64,000 nt of DNA from Patescibacteria group bacterium (GTDB lineage Bacteria > Patescibacteriota > Minisyncoccia > Portnoybacterales > UBA2143), in the NCBI GenBank assembly GCA_018830295.1, contig JAHJSM010000001.1:1980-65979 (forward strand). The letters are read 5' to 3'. This document shows positions 26,801 to 36,873 of the stretch, piece by piece; position 1 is the stretch's first letter; the number at the start of each line of letters is the position of its first letter. The position numbers and the translations under genes were made by a program. The notes under the pieces are model-generated. The model was not told the DNA's origin. It was given only the letters and a program-made list of their open reading frames with translations, and ran no database searches.

Positions 26801-29800
26801 TAGGAACAAGCAACTGAATTAGCATCGGTCGCTGTAAATGTTAGTGGTATATCAGCGATGTAAACAGTGTCTGCCACAGGGGAAATAAAGCTACTAATAA
26901 CTGGATTCGTTTTATCCCAAACCAAAGTCATTGTATCAGAAGAACTTTTTCCTGCATTATCAACAACTGTTAAACGGATTGTATAAGTATCGTCTGGGTT
27001 TGTTCCGTTTGCTTCAATTGTTGTATCTTCTGTGCTTGGTGTTCCAAAAGTAATTGTTCCAGCTCCACTTGTGGTTACATCTGTCCATAAATAACTTGCT
27101 ACTCCAGAAACACTATCATCAACTGTTGCATCTTGAGTAAATAGAGCGTTAACAATTTTATTTGTTCCAGCCTCTACATTAGGATCAGTTAAATCAACTT
27201 TAAATGTTTGATTTGCTATTTCTTCGTCATTCCCTGCAACATCTACTGAGTAATAATACAAAGTATCAGTGCCTTCTGAAGCAGTTAATATTCCTGTATA
27301 TTCTGCATAAGTTCCAGATGTCCCCCATTTATAATAAATTTTATCACAACCGCTTGTATCATCAGCGCAAGTCAATGTTATTGTTGGTTGCGTCACATAC
27401 CAGTTGCTCGTTCCATTTGGACTTACAGGACTTGTAATAAGAGTTGTTGCCGGAACAACTGTGTCCTTGATAATTCCACCCTCGCTGTCAGCTCCTATAT
27501 TTCCAGATGTATCAGCATCTTTGAAATATAAAGTAAATGAAGCGCCTTCTACCACTCCGCTAAATTCAGCGATAGCAGACATTTTTGTGACCCCGCTTGC
27601 GCAAACTGTCCAATTAGTGTCATCAACAGAACATTGCGAATTAGTTGAATCAGTTGCAAAAGTTATTACAGTATCACTATTTACATAAGCGCCAGTCAAC
27701 GGAGCAGTTATATTTACTACTGGAGCAATCATATCTTTAGTTGCGATACTGATTCCGGCTGAACTAACATTTCCCGCCGCATCAGTTAAAGTCGCGGAAG
27801 CTGTTAAATTTCCATCAGCCAAAGCTGAAACATCTATACTGGTAATATTAATATTCTCGCTTCCATCAACACTACTTACTCCCGTTATTTCTAAGGCTTC
27901 TTTATCTTTTACTGAATAACTTACAACAGCATTTGCTTCGCCAGTACCAGTAATAGTCATTGTTGAATTAACAATATTAATATCTGTTGCTAATATAGTC
28001 GGAGCGCCCGGCGTATTCGCGTCAATAGTTTTTACAACATCAATTCCATTTATTGAACCGCCGATATTTCCAACCAAATCAGTTAATGTAACGCCTGTTA
28101 ATTGCAAAGGTGAAGTTTGGTCCAATTGATCTTCCTCAACCGTATAAGTCGCCGTATAAGTTGTGCCATCAACAGTTAACCAAATCAAAGTTCCGCCATT
28201 ATAAACAGTTGGGCTAATAACCAAACCTGTTTCTGGAATAGTAGGGGTAACTGTAAAAATAATAGTATTCCCTACTTTTAATATTCCTGCTGTTGTTGCA
28301 TTAGAAATTACCGATGTTATAGCGGGAGCAAATGTATCAATATCATAACTAGCAGAACTTGTAGGTCCAACTGGAGCATTTCCGGCTACATCAGTCCAGT
28401 TAGTGCCAACGGTGATAACATTTTCATTATCATCAATATCTATTGCAGGAGTAAGGGTAGCTGTATAGATTTTTGCATCTCCATTGTCAATAGTAAAATT
28501 AGATAATGTCCCGTTTTCAATAACCGTCACATCATCGACAGTAAATCCAGTTGGTACTTCTGAAAATGCAAAGGTTACTGCGGCGGTTTCTCCGACTTTT
28601 AGAGCTGTGTCATTAAGAGTAATTGTAACTGTTGGTTCTAATGTATCAACATCAAATATTCCTGTGCTATCAGCATCCATCACATTCCCAGGTGTAGCTA
28701 AATCTACCGCGTCAGACACAATAATTATTGCCGTTGCTTCTTCGTTCGCATCTGAGAGAGTGAATATTTCTGTCCAAGTATTTCCAGACCAAGCGCCATC
28801 ACTTTGAGTTATTATAACGCCTATTATTCCCGTAAAGCTAAAAGTCGGGGCTGTAGAATTCATCGCCTCGCTAAATACAACAGTTATCGTAACATCTCCC
28901 ACTTTTGCCAAACTTGGGTTTGCTGTCACGCTAACAATAGTTGGCTTTGCTCCATCACTTACATCTTGATTTTCTACTTGAAGCAAGGCATTCTTTGAAT
29001 TATCCTCAAATGCGCCAACTGCAATTTCTAAATCTTCAGAATCGTCTGTAATCGCTGATGTTCCTAAATCTGAACCAAAAGTCAATACCACTACATCATC
29101 TTTGAATTCATTAATAAAAAACCCTGTCGGATTAATCCCTTTTAAAGTTATATTTTCAAGAGGATCTATGTAACCCCCAATGTCGTCTTCGCTAAATGTT
29201 AATTCAACGGTGGTTGAATTTGTTAAAACAGCTGTTTCCAATATTGGAGCAATACCATCAAAAGTAATAGGGCTTGCCACTGGAGCAGAAAGTCCAGCTA
29301 AATCTTTAACATCCCCAACGTAACCTACATTAGGAGTTTCTCCTGTCCCGAAATTAGTTCCCAACGTTAAAGTGATAACCCCATTTAATTCACTAGTGCC
29401 TGTTATTGTATAGCCCTCTACACTAAAATCAGCTATTGCATCTGTAGTTCCATCCAAATCCTCAGAAAATGCCAATTCAATAGTATTTATCGTTTTAGTT
29501 CTGGTTGACCAAAGTACAGGGTTAGCCTCATCTGTAGAAGTTTGAGAAAAACTTGCCAATGGATTACCAACCATATCTGCTCCACTTCCAGCAGTATAAA
29601 CAACAACTTTCGCTTCCGTTCCAGTTGCTTTATTTTCCACAACAATATCAAAAGTATTATCGTTTACTATGCCTCCAGTATCTATGGTAATTACAGGAGC
29701 TGAACCACATATAAAATCGCCTGCAGAAAAAGTTGAGTCATCTACTGCTTCACTAAATACAATAGTAGCCATTTCCACATTTCCATCACCATTGGTATCT

Positions 29801-30351
29801 TTAGTGGTGATTGATAAAATTGTCGGCGCTGTCACATCAACAGTTGTTTTTGTATCAGTGTTAAATGTATAACCCTCATTTACATCTCTTGTCGCAACAC
29901 CCCATGTATATTCCGTGTCTACTGTAGGCGTTGGAGATGTAGCATTAAAAGCAACATTAACGCTATTGTCAGCAGTTAAAATACTATCGCTAAATACATC
30001 TGTCATGCAAACAGCTTGTAAACTAGAAGATTCTGAATCATTTGTCCACCCCGCAGGGCAAGAAATAGTGCTTGTGTCTATTAAAAAACCAGATCCACTT
30101 TCAACGCTTATAGTGATTTTATACACAGAATCCGCTCCATTATTCGTCACTGTAAATCCATAAGCATCAGTAGAACCGCCAGCAACAAATTCCGGCGCAG
30201 TAGTCGCTGTCGCCGTATGTTCCGCCAAAACAAAATTATAAACAAAAAAACCGCCCATGATTAAGACGGCAAACAAAATTAAAAAAGGCGACCACCTAAG
30301 CCCCCCCCCAGAAACTTTTTCCCTCCAACGAGAAATATGAGAATTATTCAT
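23824..30351 (-). CDS. Giant (2175 aa) surface adhesin-like protein with Ig-like (Big) repeats and a right-handed beta-helix segment
   Basis: N-terminal TM/signal region. A ~105-aa repeat unit ending in TIDANTP occurs three times. The NxxNxI.NN repeats (NITNNTIHD...NIENNEFYNN) are typical of parallel beta-helix. Confidence 0.85.
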   Translation of the reverse strand: MNNSHISRWREKVSGGGLRWSPFLILFAVLIMGGFFVYNFVLAEHTATATTAPEFVAGGSTDAYGFTVTNNGADSVYKITISVESGSGFLIDTSTISCPAGWTNDSESSSLQAVCMTDVFSDSILTADNSVNVAFNATSPTPTVDTEYTWGVATRDVNEGYTFNTDTKTTVDVTAPTILSITTKDTNGDGNVEMATIVFSEAVDDSTFSAGDFICGSAPVITIDTGGIVNDNTFDIVVENKATGTEAKVVVYTAGSGADMVGNPLASFSQTSTDEANPVLWSTRTKTINTIELAFSEDLDGTTDAIADFSVEGYTITGTSELNGVITLTLGTNFGTGETPNVGYVGDVKDLAGLSAPVASPITFDGIAPILETAVLTNSTTVELTFSEDDIGGYIDPLENITLKGINPTGFFINEFKDDVVVLTFGSDLGTSAITDDSEDLEIAVGAFEDNSKNALLQVENQDVSDGAKPTIVSVTANPSLAKVGDVTITVVFSEAMNSTAPTFSFTGIIGVIITQSDGAWSGNTWTEIFTLSDANEEATAIIIVSDAVDLATPGNVMDADSTGIFDVDTLEPTVTITLNDTALKVGETAAVTFAFSEVPTGFTVDDVTVIENGTLSNFTIDNGDAKIYTATLTPAIDIDDNENVITVGTNWTDVAGNAPVGPTSSASYDIDTFAPAITSVISNATTAGILKVGNTIIFTVTPTIPETGLVISPTVYNGGTLIWLTVDGTTYTATYTVEEDQLDQTSPLQLTGVTLTDLVGNIGGSINGIDVVKTIDANTPGAPTILATDINIVNSTMTITGTGEANAVVSYSVKDKEALEITGVSSVDGSENINITSIDVSALADGNLTASATLTDAAGNVSSAGISIATKDMIAPVVNITAPLTGAYVNSDTVITFATDSTNSQCSVDDTNWTVCASGVTKMSAIAEFSGVVEGASFTLYFKDADTSGNIGADSEGGIIKDTVVPATTLITSPVSPNGTSNWYVTQPTITLTCADDTSGCDKIYYKWGTSGTYAEYTGILTASEGTDTLYYYSVDVAGNDEEIANQTFKVDLTDPNVEAGTNKIVNALFTQDATVDDSVSGVASYLWTDVTTSGAGTITFGTPSTEDTTIEANGTNPDDTYTIRLTVVDNAGKSSSDTMTLVWDKTNPVISSFISPVADTVYIADIPLTFTATDANSVACSYTINGGTLIDVSCLGAMIPNANLNDGRNALVLSATDSAGNTVSKDSVSFVYNYNKILIVDVTFGTTDVDFINIQEAINKATEGDTINVSAGTYAENLTINKALNLVGAGKNITTINGNLEITANDVSVTEFTISAGGVLIDLPVGVTSVVISNNILVGQGASVGGRGVLFDRPGVYGVNITNNTIHDLTSGVYLGNSGSGIVNIENNEFYNNTAGIGAINYATVKLNYFHDNAEDIGIADYASNYLVQRNKFNSPVINYGSISQAFAENWWGSASGPIHADNPNGIGIGSLSGNFNYRPWCTNESCDLIDETAPIAILPDVVSPISSDEITLSVSGDQVVYYKYDLDDRGYGAETPFATAISETGLSEDSHIISVIGRDQAGNWQAEGSATTYTWTVDTVAPTISKIEVSPNSGTAKVGDTVILTITADAVGYTASVITVNSVDVTAPLVDNNDNTYTATYLVVEGNLDVASGAITASVILKDTAGNENIAYTTVTANTLAIDANTPVISSVTSDATGAGWLKIGDTVTFTVDVATTETGLTITPATYNGGNLTWTAVSGGDIYTATYTVEEGQSDQTTTLQLTGAQATDPAGNVSIAVDGSDVAKTIDANTPTVALLVFPSTLQGGSQYLIKWDAIDDNFSNAPIKLKYSDDNKYSWNDIVINTANDGEYSWLVPNVNSSKCYIKITVTDLAGNNIISQNVDAFGISVDSTSPTVELINPNGGENWQAGSVHNITWDASDNITAMGDLKTKLDYSKDGGTNWTTIIESDNNPQPFYQWTVPEEAIGENVAIRIIVTDEVGKEGSSARSISITEAVVEPTPICTDNGGGTWTCDIQLNTGWNLISLPVIFSNTDIATVLTGINDKIILVKYYNSGEWLNYVPGQVKTLTTMEDGKGYWVNMTNPAVLTVTGTEMPEFSNPSPTYEVVQGWNLIGLKSTSARMLSSTYLQSLTGSYILSDENNVNRTDDYMNSGEGYWLWMNQAGNIVTFNEK

Positions 30352-30539
30352 GATGTCTTTTTTGCAAACGCCTGACCAAGTAGAAAATAATTTTTCACTC
30401 GCGCCGAAAACGATTACAAAATTTTATTTATTAAATTTTAATTTTTACAAAAAACCAAAAAGTAAAATTCTAACTTAATTACATCCTATATTTTCAATCC
30501 TAAAATGTCAAGTGTTTTGGGCGCGATTGCTTGCTGAAA

Positions 30540-30566
30540 AGTGTTCAACCCTGAAGGTTGAACACC
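30540..30566 (-). terminator. Second copy of the GTGTTCAACC...GGTTGAACAC hairpin (terminator candidate)
   Basis: Same stem as 22295-22323, downstream of the 30567-31781 gene. Confidence 0.5.
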
Positions 30567-31781
30567 TTATTTCTCCAACTGTCTAATATCAACAACTGGA
30601 ATGTTATTAATTTTTTCCTTAATCCTATTGATAGTGGCAATATAAAATTTTATTTTAGGATAGGTTTCAATAAATTTTTTATACTTATTCTTATTGAATT
30701 TCTCTGAATTTACTTTAACTTCGTAAGCTGTCTCTTCCTCAACCACAAAATCAACTTCGTGTTTCTGGATAGTTCGCCAAAATTTTATCTCTGAAAAATC
30801 ATACTTTTCCAACAACTCTCTATACAAAGCATTTTCTAAGAGCTGTCCTTTGTCTTCGCGCAAATCATAAGAATCTAAATTTTTTAATAAAAAATTTCTC
30901 AATCCCAAATCCAAAAAATAAACTTTTGGCATTTTAGTAATTTCCTTTCTTAAATTTCCGTAAAAAGGACTAACTAATCTGATATGAAATGACCTCTCCA
31001 TAATAGACAAATAGTCCTCTACCGTCGAACGGGATATTTTTAAGGTTGAGGCAAGTTCCGAACTATTAACCAAATTGCCAGTTTGAGAAGCCAAAATTCT
31101 CATTAAATTATAAAACACTTCTTCCTGTTTAATGTTGGCCTCAAAAATATCTTTTTTAATGTAAGAATGAACCAAGTCCCCTAAAACTTCTTTTTTCTGG
31201 GCTCTATCCGATAAAACAACTCTTGGATATCCGCCATAAGTTAAATACTCGCGGTAATATAAATCAACTTTCTCTTTTTCAGATAAACTAATTTTGTTAA
31301 AATTCTTTTTTGCCAAATCCTCTTTATTTTTAAATTTTAAAAACTCTCTAAAGGACAAAGGCAATAATCTAAAAATCTTTTTGCGGCCAACTAAAGAATC
31401 TTTAAATCTGCGGTCTATGTAAAAAGCAGATGAGCCAGTCGCGATAATTTTTATCTTTCCCTTATATTCATCATAAAAATATTTTAAGAAATTAGTCGGG
31501 TCATCAAGATATTGAACTTCATCAACTAAAACATAAGTTTTTTGTTTCAAATCAAAAGGAAAGATTTTAAAAAGATTTTTGGGCGTTTTTTTTAACAAAG
31601 AAAGATATTCATAATCCTCTAAGTTGAGAAAATGAACAGCATTGCCTTTTTCTTGAATAAAATCCTCTATTTGACGCAAAATAGTCGTCTTGCCAGATTG
31701 CCTCGGACCAATAATCAGCGCTATTTCGTTGTTGTCAATTTCTTTTTTAATTTTAATAGTCAAATCCCTTATAATACTCAT
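30567..31781 (-). CDS. AAA-family ATPase (AAA_14 plus DUF4143 architecture)
   Basis: Walker A GPRQSGKTT and Walker B LVDEVQ; 404 aa. Confidence 0.85.
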   Translation of the reverse strand: MSIIRDLTIKIKKEIDNNEIALIIGPRQSGKTTILRQIEDFIQEKGNAVHFLNLEDYEYLSLLKKTPKNLFKIFPFDLKQKTYVLVDEVQYLDDPTNFLKYFYDEYKGKIKIIATGSSAFYIDRRFKDSLVGRKKIFRLLPLSFREFLKFKNKEDLAKKNFNKISLSEKEKVDLYYREYLTYGGYPRVVLSDRAQKKEVLGDLVHSYIKKDIFEANIKQEEVFYNLMRILASQTGNLVNSSELASTLKISRSTVEDYLSIMERSFHIRLVSPFYGNLRKEITKMPKVYFLDLGLRNFLLKNLDSYDLREDKGQLLENALYRELLEKYDFSEIKFWRTIQKHEVDFVVEEETAYEVKVNSEKFNKNKYKKFIETYPKIKFYIATINRIKEKINNIPVVDIRQLEK

Positions 31782-31910
31782 AAAAAATACTTTAATTTAA
31801 TTATTAACCTCATATTATCAGATATTATGTTCTTGTCAAGAGCATAATATCCACAAATTTTTAGACGCTATTTAGGGATTGGTATAAATAATGCGCCTTG
31901 CGCGGTTTTC

Positions 31911-32741
31911 CTATTTCAAATCTTTTATTTTGTTTCTTAAAATATCTTTAATATTTTTGCCCAATTTTTTTACAAACGCTATGTCGCTAATAAAATTTTC
32001 TAAATCCAAGGTAATGCTTTTATAGTCAATTTTTTCCACGATTGCCAGAAGTTTCTTCTTTAAATCATCAATTGTCTCCACCTCTTCAATACAATCTAAA
32101 TTAGGACTTATTCCCTGCTCTAAATACCACATCAAATCAAAATAGTCGCGACCCTTAACGCTAATTAACTTTTTTCCTTTTTTATCTGTCTTTCCCCATT
32201 TTCTGCGCAAAACGGCCTTGATTTTGGTCGCCATTAATGTCGGCAAATCAAAAGTTTTTATTAAAATAGATTTATTGTTTTTAAACAACGGCTTAATTTC
32301 AGTTTTGTATTTACGGCAAAAATTAAAATTCTTGAATATTTCTATTTTTAAATGTAAAAAATCAGATTCAGCGCCGCTTGATAATCCAAAATCTTTTAGA
32401 ATCGGAAATTTTAAGTATATTCTAAACTTCTGCGGTTTAATTGAAACAGAAAAATCTGTTTTTTTACAGAAAAAGTTTTTTAAATCATCAGCCAATTCTT
32501 CTATTGATACTTTTTTTTCAATATCAACAAAGTCAAGATCCTCGGAGAGTCGTGGCAGAGAATAGCATTGGGAAAGGCAAGAACCGCCATAGAACACCAA
32601 TTTATTATATTTTTCATTAGAATATATGTAGTCAAGCGCGAGAACCTGAAAATATTCCTTTAATAAGTTTCTTTTATATAAGTTTGATTTTTCAAAATTT
32701 TTTTTGATTATATCTTTGATAATTGTTTCTGTTTCGTTCAT
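31911..32741 (-). CDS. Nucleotidyltransferase AbiEii/AbiGii toxin family (DUF1814)
   Basis: LVFYGGSCLSQCYSLPRLSEDLDF matches the AbiEii GG(T)..(R)(F)SED(I/L)D signature. Overlaps the upstream gene by 4 nt. Confidence 0.75.
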   Translation of the reverse strand: MNETETIIKDIIKKNFEKSNLYKRNLLKEYFQVLALDYIYSNEKYNKLVFYGGSCLSQCYSLPRLSEDLDFVDIEKKVSIEELADDLKNFFCKKTDFSVSIKPQKFRIYLKFPILKDFGLSSGAESDFLHLKIEIFKNFNFCRKYKTEIKPLFKNNKSILIKTFDLPTLMATKIKAVLRRKWGKTDKKGKKLISVKGRDYFDLMWYLEQGISPNLDCIEEVETIDDLKKKLLAIVEKIDYKSITLDLENFISDIAFVKKLGKNIKDILRNKIKDLK

Positions 32742-33406
32742 ATTCTTGATTTAAATAAATAATTAAATATGTCAGTCATTTTTTTACTGCTTTCTAATTT
32801 GACATATTTTTCCAATTCTTTAATATCTTTTTTTCTAAAATCGCCAAGATTAAGCCGCAGTTCTTTAACTGCCGTTTTATGTCGCAAAATATTTTTTCTT
32901 AAATACAAAAAATCAAATAATGCTTTCGCTAAACTGGCTTTTTTAATTAAGTACTCGCCTTTTCTATGAAGTTCAAAACCGATAAATAAATTTTCTTTAA
33001 TGTGATGATAATCAAAAAGTCCCAGTTTATTGGAAAACTTTTTTGTCTTTTTTTCGGTGATTAATGTGAAGCTGTTTGAGGTCTCGCTTAAAATATTATT
33101 TTTCCCAAGCGCGTATTCAAGGCTGATATAAGCGGGCTCATATAAAATATTAGCAATAAATTCCAAATATTCATTCATGCCATTGCTTTTTTCAATAAAT
33201 TCCAAATATTTTTTGGAAACATAAACTCCCTTTTTCAAAGAAATTACTTCGCCTTTTTTTGACAACCTGGACAATAATATTCTTAGATATTTTTTATTTT
33301 CTTCAATAACGGTTAAATTTTCAATACGAAAATAAGGCAAATTTTTTATCGCGCTTTTAATTTTTTCTGAACGAAAACCTTTGGATTTTTTATTTATTTT
33401 TACCAT
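32738..33406 (-). CDS. AbiEi-like antitoxin / transcriptional regulator partner
   Basis: The position and 4-nt overlap with AbiEii are typical of abiEi-abiEii operons; 222 aa with the N-terminal wHTH-like region of this class. Confidence 0.6.
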   Translation of the reverse strand: MVKINKKSKGFRSEKIKSAIKNLPYFRIENLTVIEENKKYLRILLSRLSKKGEVISLKKGVYVSKKYLEFIEKSNGMNEYLEFIANILYEPAYISLEYALGKNNILSETSNSFTLITEKKTKKFSNKLGLFDYHHIKENLFIGFELHRKGEYLIKKASLAKALFDFLYLRKNILRHKTAVKELRLNLGDFRKKDIKELEKYVKLESSKKMTDIFNYLFKSRI

Positions 33407-33458
33407 AAAACTTGTTTCTTATAATATACATATATTGTATATTATGAGAAACAGATTG

Positions 33459-34751
33459 TCAACATTTATCCACGATTTTCTGAACCTGTCTCAAAACCGC
33501 CTTCTCGTCAACGCCTTGAATTTTTCCCTTTTCCATAACTATTTTCCCGTTGATGATTATTGTCTCCACATCGCTTCCTTGAGCGGCGTAAACTATATTT
33601 GAGACCAAATTATGGCAAGGTGTCAAACGCGGTTTTTCAAAATCAAGAATGATTATATCCGCCTTTTTGCCTTCTTCTAAGGAACCGAGTTCTTTTTCTA
33701 ATCCCAACGCTTTGGCTCCGTTGATTGTCGCCATATCTAAAACAGTTTGCGCGTCAGCAATGAGCGGATTAAGACGATACCCTTTGTGCGTCAAGGCGGC
33801 GACTTTCATTTCTCCAAACATATCCAAGCAATTATTTGAACAAGCGCCATCCGTCCCAAGACAAACATTCACGCCCGCTTCCATCATTTCTTCCAAGGGC
33901 ATTATTCCAGAACCCAGCTTCATGTTTGAAATCGGACAGTGCGCGACCGAGGCGCCCGAACGCGCTAAAATTTTAATTTCTTTTTTATTTAACCAACAAC
34001 AATGCGCTAAAAGCGTTTTTTCGTCCAAAATACCTGCCTCGTCCAGCGCTTCCACAGGCCTTTTTTTGTATTTTTTTAGCGAAAAATCAACCTCTTGTTT
34101 TGTTTCGCTTAAATGAGTTGTTAAAAGAAGATTGCGGCGGCGCGCGATTTCTTTCGCCTTTTTGTATGTCTTCAACGAGGTTGTCTGAAACATATGCGGC
34201 GCAAGCGCGTAATCGGTCAGACCGATTTTTGTTTTTGCTAATTTCTCAATTTTCCTGAAAGCATCCGCAGGGTTTTTGGAATAGAAAGAAGGAAAATCCA
34301 AAACAGCGCAACCAAGCGCGCCCCTCATTCCCACTTTTTGAGCCGCTTTTCCGACTTCGTCTTCGTGATAATAGAAATCGGTAAAATAGGTCGTTCCCGA
34401 TTTTACCATTTCCATGAGCGCTAAAAGAGAACCCCAATAGACCTCCTTTCGGCCGAACTTGGATTCAATTGGATAGATATAGTTTTGCCACCAATCCTCC
34501 AAAGACAAGTCGTCGGCATAGCCGCGCAAAAGAGACATCGCTAAGTGCGTATGCGCGTTAACTAAGCCAGGCAAAGCAACCCGTCCCCGCCCATCAATTA
34601 TTTTTTTCGCCTGGCTCCTGTATTTCTTTCCAATCTCCGCGCTCGCTCCAATTTCTTTTATCTTATTCCCGTTAATAAGAATTGCTCCGTTTTTAATAAT
34701 CTCTCGCTTTTTGTTTTGAGTGATAACATTAATGTTTTCAATTAAAATCAT
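33459..34751 (-). CDS. Amidohydrolase, MTA/SAH deaminase-like (MtaD/TM0936 family)
   Basis: [11 protein letters not shown] metal-binding motif, plus HCPISN and GTDG motifs. Confidence 0.8.
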   Translation of the reverse strand: MILIENINVITQNKKREIIKNGAILINGNKIKEIGASAEIGKKYRSQAKKIIDGRGRVALPGLVNAHTHLAMSLLRGYADDLSLEDWWQNYIYPIESKFGRKEVYWGSLLALMEMVKSGTTYFTDFYYHEDEVGKAAQKVGMRGALGCAVLDFPSFYSKNPADAFRKIEKLAKTKIGLTDYALAPHMFQTTSLKTYKKAKEIARRRNLLLTTHLSETKQEVDFSLKKYKKRPVEALDEAGILDEKTLLAHCCWLNKKEIKILARSGASVAHCPISNMKLGSGIMPLEEMMEAGVNVCLGTDGACSNNCLDMFGEMKVAALTHKGYRLNPLIADAQTVLDMATINGAKALGLEKELGSLEEGKKADIIILDFEKPRLTPCHNLVSNIVYAAQGSDVETIIINGKIVMEKGKIQGVDEKAVLRQVQKIVDKC

Positions 34752-34754
34752 GGG

Positions 34755-35258
34755 TTATCTTAAATTCAATAACGCATCCAACTCTTCAATCACGGATTGC
34801 CTTTTATGATAATGAATAATATGGCAGATGTCACCGGCCTTTTTTCTCAAAAAATCAACAATGTCCCATCTGTCTTCAACATAAAAAGCGCAATTTGTCT
34901 CCTTAATTTTTTCCAGTTTGAATTTTTTATGCGAATCTCCGTTAGGGCAAAGATACAAATCGTGAAAGAAAATATTGTTCCTCTTTAAACAGTCGGTCAC
35001 ATCTGCTTCACACTCGGCGGAATGTCCAGAAATAGCCACTATTTTATAGCCCTTCTTTTTTAAATTTTTCAACAACTCTTTGATTTGGCTATTAATTTTC
35101 ATGCCGTCGTAAAAAAATTTTCTAAAAGCGTTTTTTCCTTTTAATTTACTCACCAAAAAATTAAAATCAATCCCTTTAATTAAGCCATAAAAAGGCACGG
35201 GCGGTCTAAAGACCACCCCATCTAAATCAAAACCGATAATATTTATTTTTCTCCCCAT
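34755..35258 (-). CDS. HAD-superfamily hydrolase-like small protein
   Basis: N-terminal FDLDGV motif. Confidence 0.55.
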   Translation of the reverse strand: MGRKINIIGFDLDGVVFRPPVPFYGLIKGIDFNFLVSKLKGKNAFRKFFYDGMKINSQIKELLKNLKKKGYKIVAISGHSAECEADVTDCLKRNNIFFHDLYLCPNGDSHKKFKLEKIKETNCAFYVEDRWDIVDFLRKKAGDICHIIHYHKRQSVIEELDALLNLR

Positions 35259-35908
35259 TTAAACATTTTAAAACTTTTTCTGTGGATTGGACATAAACCA
35301 AATTCTTTTAATTTTTCTGAATGTATTTTTGTTCCGTATCCTTTATGCCGCGCGAATTCGTATTGAGGATATTCTTGGTGAAATTTTCGCATCAAGCGGT
35401 CGCGGCTGACTTTGGCAATAATGGAAGCGAGAGAAACCAAGAAAATTTTTTTATCGGCGCCGACGATGGGCATCTGTGTTAGTCCATTATTGAACGCTGG
35501 TTTTGAACATCTGCAAAAACTGCCATCTAAATAGAAATTGCCGTCTAAAAACAAAAAATTCGGCTGGCAATCTAATTTCTTAAGACACCCATTCCACGCC
35601 GCGAGCGTCGCTTGCCAAATGTTAACTTTGTCAATAATCGCGGAATGAATAAAACTAACTTTCCATTCTATATTCGGATTTTTAATAATCGCGTCAAAAA
35701 CCTCTTCTCTTCTCTTTTCAGAAAGTTGTTTAGAATCAGTAATAAATTTGCCAGTTTCTCCAAAAGATATTTTCTCCAACGCGTCTTTTCTGACCGCCAC
35801 AACAGCAGCTGCCACCGGACCAGCCAACGCTCCCCTTCCCGCCTCATCAATTCCGGCAACCACATCATATCCGTCTCCAAAAACCTTTTTTTCTAAATCA
35901 GAAAACAT
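35243..35908 (-). CDS. rnhB: Ribonuclease HII
   Basis: GIDEAGRGALAGPV motif. Confidence 0.9.
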   Translation of the reverse strand: MFSDLEKKVFGDGYDVVAGIDEAGRGALAGPVAAAVVAVRKDALEKISFGETGKFITDSKQLSEKRREEVFDAIIKNPNIEWKVSFIHSAIIDKVNIWQATLAAWNGCLKKLDCQPNFLFLDGNFYLDGSFCRCSKPAFNNGLTQMPIVGADKKIFLVSLASIIAKVSRDRLMRKFHQEYPQYEFARHKGYGTKIHSEKLKEFGLCPIHRKSFKMFKWGEK

Positions 35909-35913
35909 AATCT

Positions 35914-36873
35914 CTACTCCACCAAATTAGACGGCGTCTGACCTTCAAGCGAGGCAATAATATTTTGCGCTGCCATTTCCGACATTTTATTTCTCGTCCC
36001 AATCGTCGCCGAAGCGATATGTGGCGTTAAAATCGCGTTGTCTAATTCTATCAAACCGGGCGACAATTCGGGTTCGTTTTCAAAAACATCCAAAGCCGCG
36101 CCAGCAATCCCTTTATTTTTTAAAACTTCTACCAACGCCTTCTCATCAATAATCGGACCGCGCGAAGTATTAACCAAATAAGCAGTTGGCTTCATTAATT
36201 CCAGCCGTTCAGCATTAATCAAATGTTTTGTTTCGTCAGTCAAGGCAGTGTGCAAACTCACGAAATCCGCTTCTTTCAATAAATCATTAATTTCGCGATA
36301 TTCTATATTATGTTCTTTCTCTAATTCCTCATTTCTTTTTATATCATAATAGATAACTTTCATCTCAAAGCCCTTCATTAGTCGTTCCGCAACCGCGAAA
36401 CCAATCCTGCCTAAACCAACGATGCCAAGCGTCTTACCCTTGATATCGCCTCCTAAAAATAATTTCGGTCCCCACGCTTTGTATTTTCCCTCTCGCGTAT
36501 ATTTATCCCCCTCCGCGATTCTTTGCGCGACTGCTAAAATTAAACCAACCGCGTGGTCCGCGACCGTGTCCGTTAAAACACCGGGCGTATTTGTCACCAC
36601 CACTCCGCGCTTCTTCGCTTCCGCGACATCAATATTATTATATCCAACCGCGTAATTGGCGACTATTTTCAATTGCGAACCAGCCGCGTCCATGACTTCT
36701 CCATCAATTTTTTCTGTCAAAACGGAAAGAATGGCGTCAACCCCCTTTACTCCCTCTAACAAATCCTCTCGCGAAATACTTCCTTCGGGACCAACCAAAA
36801 CATCCCACCCCTTTTCCTCTAACAAATTAATCCCAACTTCGGGAATCTGTCGTGTCACAAATATTTTTGGCAT
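35914..36873 (-). CDS. D-isomer-specific 2-hydroxyacid dehydrogenase (glyoxylate/hydroxypyruvate reductase-like)
   Basis: GIVGLGRIG NAD-binding motif and the catalytic R/E/H pattern. Confidence 0.85.
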   Translation of the reverse strand: MPKIFVTRQIPEVGINLLEEKGWDVLVGPEGSISREDLLEGVKGVDAILSVLTEKIDGEVMDAAGSQLKIVANYAVGYNNIDVAEAKKRGVVVTNTPGVLTDTVADHAVGLILAVAQRIAEGDKYTREGKYKAWGPKLFLGGDIKGKTLGIVGLGRIGFAVAERLMKGFEMKVIYYDIKRNEELEKEHNIEYREINDLLKEADFVSLHTALTDETKHLINAERLELMKPTAYLVNTSRGPIIDEKALVEVLKNKGIAGAALDVFENEPELSPGLIELDNAILTPHIASATIGTRNKMSEMAAQNIIASLEGQTPSNLVE

